Shown here: one piece after another, positions 60,416 through 64,000 of the stretch
Numbering within the stretch: the stretch's first letter is position 1
How the letters are laid out: each line of letters begins with the position of its first letter
NCBI GenBank assembly: GCA_965653365.1
Contig: CBFGZV010000021.1
Coordinates: 10,728 to 74,727, forward strand
Source: an uncultured Chitinophaga sp.
GTDB lineage: Bacteria; Bacteroidota; Bacteroidia; Chitinophagales; Chitinophagaceae
DNA length: 64,000 bases
Direction of reading: 5' to 3'
Position numbers and translations under genes: made by a program
Notes under the pieces: model-generated
What the model saw: the letters and a program-made list of their open reading frames with translations, nothing else
Database searches by the model: none
What the model was told of the DNA's origin: nothing

Positions 60416-61933
60416 TTAATACCAAATCTGCTGCCCATCACGATACAGAAATGGCCTTTCAAGCTCACGGTTATTGTTGTCTTCCCGAAGCCTGTATACG
60501 GCATTTTCCCGGACATTATTATTGAAGACTATCATAGAGTCCTTTTCGCACCTGACTGTTTTCAGAGCTGACCAATTGTTCCCCGTAAATTGAAATAGCG
60601 TATATGTAGTTCCTTTCTTGAGCCAGGCATCGGCTCCACTATTTATTTTTTTTAGATTAAGCTGACCATCAAATTTACCCGAAGGAATAATGTCGTGCAG
60701 TACGCCATCTTTATCAAGCAAAAATGCATTTTGTGGAGTTGTGAAGCCACCATTTTTATGTGGTATGCCAATCGTATAAATGATATTGCGTCCCATATTC
60801 CGAAAGGCAGCTTTGCCATCTTTTACCGATCCCCAGTATACTGGTTGCCACTGTCCATAATTGTACACACATATATAGGCGAAGGGCTGAGATTCTAACG
60901 AATTATCCAAATTAACAACGATATCAGAGACAGTTGTGTGCTCGGCGGTTACATCGTGCCAATGATCATTCATTAAGTGAGGTAGTTCGAAGGGATTTGC
61001 CCCTATTGCGGGTTGGATCGAATCCGTCCATGCATTCCTAAGACTATAACTGAACCGTATTATTTTAGATGCTCGATGCAGGCCACGGCCGCTTGGTGCC
61101 TGCATTTTCTGTTGGCTATCATTCCAGAAAACTTCAGCAGCGTGCCCTCCATTCTTGCTGCCCCAAGCTGAGATCACATCCATAGCGGCAGGTAGTCCGG
61201 CAGATCGTAATGCATACACGGCCATATATGCTCCGCGAATACAGTCACCTTTCCCGGATATAATTAACTCCCGGAAAGAAGGGTAGTCTGCTAGTTTCAG
61301 ATATGACAAATCATATTTAAGCAAATTCCCCAACTGATTAACAACTAATGTATAATACAATTCATTTCCAAAGTTTACGCTGTTTTTGTCTGCGGTAGCA
61401 TCATATCGATTCAATTCGCTTTTTATAATGCTATCGTAATATGATGAAAGGTACTCTCTCCATTGATCGGGTCGTTCTCCAAATATTTTGTATGGTAATA
61501 GGTAGTCAAAAAAGATTCCCTTGGGTACTTTTTTTGCCCAAGGGTACCGATTCCACGACTGGAATGCCGCTTCGAGTTGCTGTTTTATAAACGAGTTTGT
61601 AAGAAGTTCTACATCCGGCACTTTTTCTACCGCTACATTAATATCGCCGTTTTCAATAATGTTCCGTAGTCCAGCCTCGCGAAGAGTGTCTGAAAATACG
61701 CTAAGGCCGTGTTTCCCAATAGAACTCTTGAAAGAAAGTGTGTCGGAAACATGATTTTTTATGTTGTTTCTAAGAAAATAGATGGCTTCCAGTTTGATTG
61801 AGTCAGCAGGATTTTCAGAATATTCCTCAATTAACGTGTCCCAGTTTAGCTTGTCATTTGATCTCTTACAAGAAGTGGTTACCAATGGTGGTATCCAGCA
61901 TGTAGCAAATAATAGAAGCCATCTATATCTCAT
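60416..61933 (-). CDS. transglutaminase-like (papain-fold) domain lipoprotein
   Basis: Lipobox LVTTSC, core Cys GKGDCIRGAYMAVYALRSAGLPA, and core His GGHAAEVFW. Confidence 0.8.
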   Translation of the reverse strand: MRYRWLLLFATCWIPPLVTTSCKRSNDKLNWDTLIEEYSENPADSIKLEAIYFLRNNIKNHVSDTLSFKSSIGKHGLSVFSDTLREAGLRNIIENGDINVAVEKVPDVELLTNSFIKQQLEAAFQSWNRYPWAKKVPKGIFFDYLLPYKIFGERPDQWREYLSSYYDSIIKSELNRYDATADKNSVNFGNELYYTLVVNQLGNLLKYDLSYLKLADYPSFRELIISGKGDCIRGAYMAVYALRSAGLPAAMDVISAWGSKNGGHAAEVFWNDSQQKMQAPSGRGLHRASKIIRFSYSLRNAWTDSIQPAIGANPFELPHLMNDHWHDVTAEHTTVSDIVVNLDNSLESQPFAYICVYNYGQWQPVYWGSVKDGKAAFRNMGRNIIYTIGIPHKNGGFTTPQNAFLLDKDGVLHDIIPSGKFDGQLNLKKINSGADAWLKKGTTYTLFQFTGNNWSALKTVRCEKDSMIVFNNNVRENAVYRLREDNNNRELERPFLYRDGQQIWY

Positions 61934-61942
61934 ATGATAGGT

Positions 61943-63274
61943 TTAAAAAGATATACGAGATTTCAAAATTTCAACGCCCGTCCGCTGATATGATATGCCA
62001 TCTTCCAATATGTACGTGAATTTCAAAGTACCATTGACGTTCCCGGCCTCAAATTTGACCAGTTTAACGCCCGGCTCTTCCGTGAATGCCCCGGCCACTC
62101 CGGAAAAGTGCGTCGAGAACAGGAACAGGCATTCCTTGTGTAATTTCATTTTATGCAGGATTAACATGTTACACTCGATCGAGTCATCCATATTTGTTCC
62201 TTTGAACAGCTCGTCGCAGAGAACCAGCACCCGTTTCCCCGATTGTACACTTTCCATGATTTCGCTCACTCTTTTCACTTCTGCGGCGAAATAGCTATTG
62301 CCTTCTTCCAGGTCGTCTTTTATGTTGATGCAGCTGATGATCTTTTCAAACAAGGGGATGCGCGCAATATTGGCTCTGCAGCCCACTCCCAGGTAAGCCA
62401 TATAAAACGTTAACCCGATACTCTTAATAAAAGTGCTTTTGCCGGACATGTTAGCGCCTGTTAAAATGACCACATTTTCCCTGTCTAATGCCAGTGTGTT
62501 GGGCTGTGATACTTTCATTAATGGATGCTGAACATTTTCAATCAGTATGTTTTCCCCGGCTTGCGAAAACTCCGGGAAATGCAGGTTTAAAGCCATATGC
62601 GCTTTTGAAAGACTCCAATATGCTTCCAGCTCAAAGTACCATTCCAATAAGCGTAGTAAGTCGCTTTTGTGTTCCTTTCTCAGGAGCCTGTCAGTATTAA
62701 ATATAGCGGAATTGGCGTACGAGCCTTCGGAAAATATATTGAACAGCTTATCACTGATTCTTATGCTTTCAATCAGCGAGTACCCGGTCTTGAATATTGG
62801 AGATACGTGGGGAGAGATGGATGCCTGACCGGCTGTCTTTATAAGGTCCCGGATTTCTGCAATGACCTTTAAGGCTAGTTTCACATTGCTGAGTGTAGAG
62901 TAGTATGTCGATCGGTCAAACAAAAATTTCCTGTTTGAATATGCCCAGACATTCAACTTGCCTGCGCTGCCAACAGGTGGACGGTCGTCGTTCAGGTATG
63001 TTTTGATGAGTGAAACGTCATCTTCCGTGATATTGAAACGTAACCTATGCACCTGGCTGGCAAAGAATGCCACGGTTTCCTGCCTGGCCAGAATACTTTT
63101 CAGCGAGATATCTGAAAGTTCCATGATTTCCAGGAGCCGTTCTTTCCCGCCCTTTGTTTTGCAATAGTCGAACAATGCATGCAGGCTTAATCTGCTTCCC
63201 GCTTGAGGGAAAATCGCCAGGTCTGCGGCGGTCTGACTATCCAACATTTTTGTTGCTGCCTTTTTGTATTCCAT
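61943..63274 (-). CDS. MutS-related ATPase with MutS domain III-like core and domain V only
   Basis: LDSQTAADLAIF...GGKERLL (start of domain III), Walker A LTGANMSGKSTFIKSIG and Walker B LVLCDELFKGTN. There is no domain I and no endonuclease. The ATG at 63274 is preferred over the TTG at 63289. Confidence 0.85.
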   Translation of the reverse strand: MEYKKAATKMLDSQTAADLAIFPQAGSRLSLHALFDYCKTKGGKERLLEIMELSDISLKSILARQETVAFFASQVHRLRFNITEDDVSLIKTYLNDDRPPVGSAGKLNVWAYSNRKFLFDRSTYYSTLSNVKLALKVIAEIRDLIKTAGQASISPHVSPIFKTGYSLIESIRISDKLFNIFSEGSYANSAIFNTDRLLRKEHKSDLLRLLEWYFELEAYWSLSKAHMALNLHFPEFSQAGENILIENVQHPLMKVSQPNTLALDRENVVILTGANMSGKSTFIKSIGLTFYMAYLGVGCRANIARIPLFEKIISCINIKDDLEEGNSYFAAEVKRVSEIMESVQSGKRVLVLCDELFKGTNMDDSIECNMLILHKMKLHKECLFLFSTHFSGVAGAFTEEPGVKLVKFEAGNVNGTLKFTYILEDGISYQRTGVEILKSRISF

Positions 63275-63303
63275 ATAGTTTACAACCAAAGTCGGATAAA
63301 AAA

Positions 63304-64000
63304 TTAATTGCAGGAGGCTGCGATGCCAACAACTTCAGCCTTCATGAAATTAGTGGCATTGGAATTTACTTTAACAGTCATTTTTAGAATTTCATTAGCC
63401 ATAGTGCATGCGTTTTTCATTTTCTTTTCCTTCATGTACAGCTTTACAAGTAGGTATTTTGGATACATTAGCTTTGGGTCTATCGAAGAAGCAAACTTAA
63501 ATGCGGCTTCGGCTTTATCTATCATGTCAAGCTGCTCGTAGCTGGAACCTTTTGTAATATAAATAAATGGGTCATAGACAACTCCTTCTGTCTTATCTAA
63601 AATTGCTACACTTTTTACGTATTCCTTCTGTAAGAATAGAGCCTTTGAATATGGAGCCACAACATTGTAGTCGTAGCAGAGCTCTTCATAGATCTCATCA
63701 TATACCTGTGTTGATTGACTAAGTTGTCCGTTTGTAAAAAGGCTATAAGCAATATTGGCTCTTCTTTTTGCAACATAAACATCAGCTTGATATACAACGA
63801 TAATTACTGAAGATATTACTATTGCTCCAACTATCCATGAATTCATTTTAATTGTTGCGTACATCCGCTTGTTGTCATCGTTCGCTGAAATCACGGATAT
63901 GAATAGTAAAAGTAGAGTCCATAGTGAAGGAACTTCGCAGGGGTACGAAAATAAAGAAGAAGCCAATAATCCCGCAAGTGCTCCTCTGGCATACCATGCA
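63304..64000 (-). CDS. membrane protein with a C-terminal TPR-like repeat region; 5' end lies outside the window (possibly an O-antigen-ligase-like/TPR protein)
   Basis: The reading frame stays open to position 64000 (AWYARGALAGLLASSLF...). Two hydrophobic helices are followed by helical repeats (YSKALFLQKEY..., YEQLDMIDKAEAAFKFASSIDPKLMYPKYLLVKLYM). The family assignment is from memory only. Confidence 0.55.
   Translation of the reverse strand, partial: AWYARGALAGLLASSLFSYPCEVPSLWTLLLLFISVISANDDNKRMYATIKMNSWIVGAIVISSVIIVVYQADVYVAKRRANIAYSLFTNGQLSQSTQVYDEIYEELCYDYNVVAPYSKALFLQKEYVKSVAILDKTEGVVYDPFIYITKGSSYEQLDMIDKAEAAFKFASSIDPKLMYPKYLLVKLYMKEKKMKNACTMANEILKMTVKVNSNATNFMKAEVVGIAASCN

Larger units (their letters stand above)
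57861..64000. mobile_element. integrative element / genomic island inserted at tRNA-Leu; partial, continues beyond the right edge
   Basis: Abrupt drop in G+C (sampled lines give about 32-48% versus about 58% in the core), a tRNA 3'-half at the boundary, and a tyrosine integrase as the first gene. Confidence 0.7.

Noticed and set aside
61943-63274. Calling the MutS-like gene a mismatch repair mutS or mutS2
   Set aside because: It has about half the length of MutS1 and lacks the mismatch-binding, connector and clamp regions. It also has no Smr domain as in MutS2. Only the domain III core and the ATPase domain are recognisable.

Overview
This is a 64-kb chromosomal segment from a high-GC member of Bacteroidota (about 55-60% GC, judged by eye on sampled lines). 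Lineage markers are a fused lpxC/fabZ, a PorX-type receiver-PglZ regulator, DUF3108 and DUF3098 proteins, a TonB-dependent receptor and a Bacteroidetes-type tyrosine integrase. It is probably Chitinophagia or Cytophagia, but I cannot resolve it further. Positions ~240-57800 are densely packed with mostly housekeeping genes: ruvC, ruvB, leuS, ftsX, uppP, tsaE, a Cu P-type ATPase, a RecQ-family helicase, the lipid A cluster lpxD-lpxC/fabZ-lpxA, a porX-like gene, an acyl-CoA dehydrogenase, a GapN-like aldehyde dehydrogenase, tig-clpP-clpX, a rhamnulose-1-P aldolase/SDR plus FGGY kinase pair, and several regulators. At ~57.86 kb the composition drops to roughly 40% GC and an integrative element begins; it runs off the right edge. 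It opens with the 3' half of a tRNA-Leu(UAG) as an att remnant, followed by a tyrosine integrase and an unknown 290-aa protein. It then carries a tight convergent three-gene operon: a TPR membrane protein, a MutS-related ATPase and a transglutaminase-like lipoprotein. That operon is my best candidate for an undescribed system. It is truncated by the window, and the assignment is inference only. Other signals not explained by genes: (1) three tandem 45-50-bp repeats upstream of clpX, each re-creating the clpX 5' leader/start and a mini-[13 protein letters not shown]; (2) a ~56-bp tandem duplication of the uppP-stop/next-gene-start junction; (3) a 132-nt GC-rich multi-hairpin element upstream of tig; (4) paired 26-nt direct repeats upstream of the Cu-ATPase. 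Many of the longest ORFs in the supplied track are antisense artefacts of GC-rich coding DNA. All calls were made by eye from motifs in the translations. No database search, folding or statistics were run, and start codons are often uncertain.
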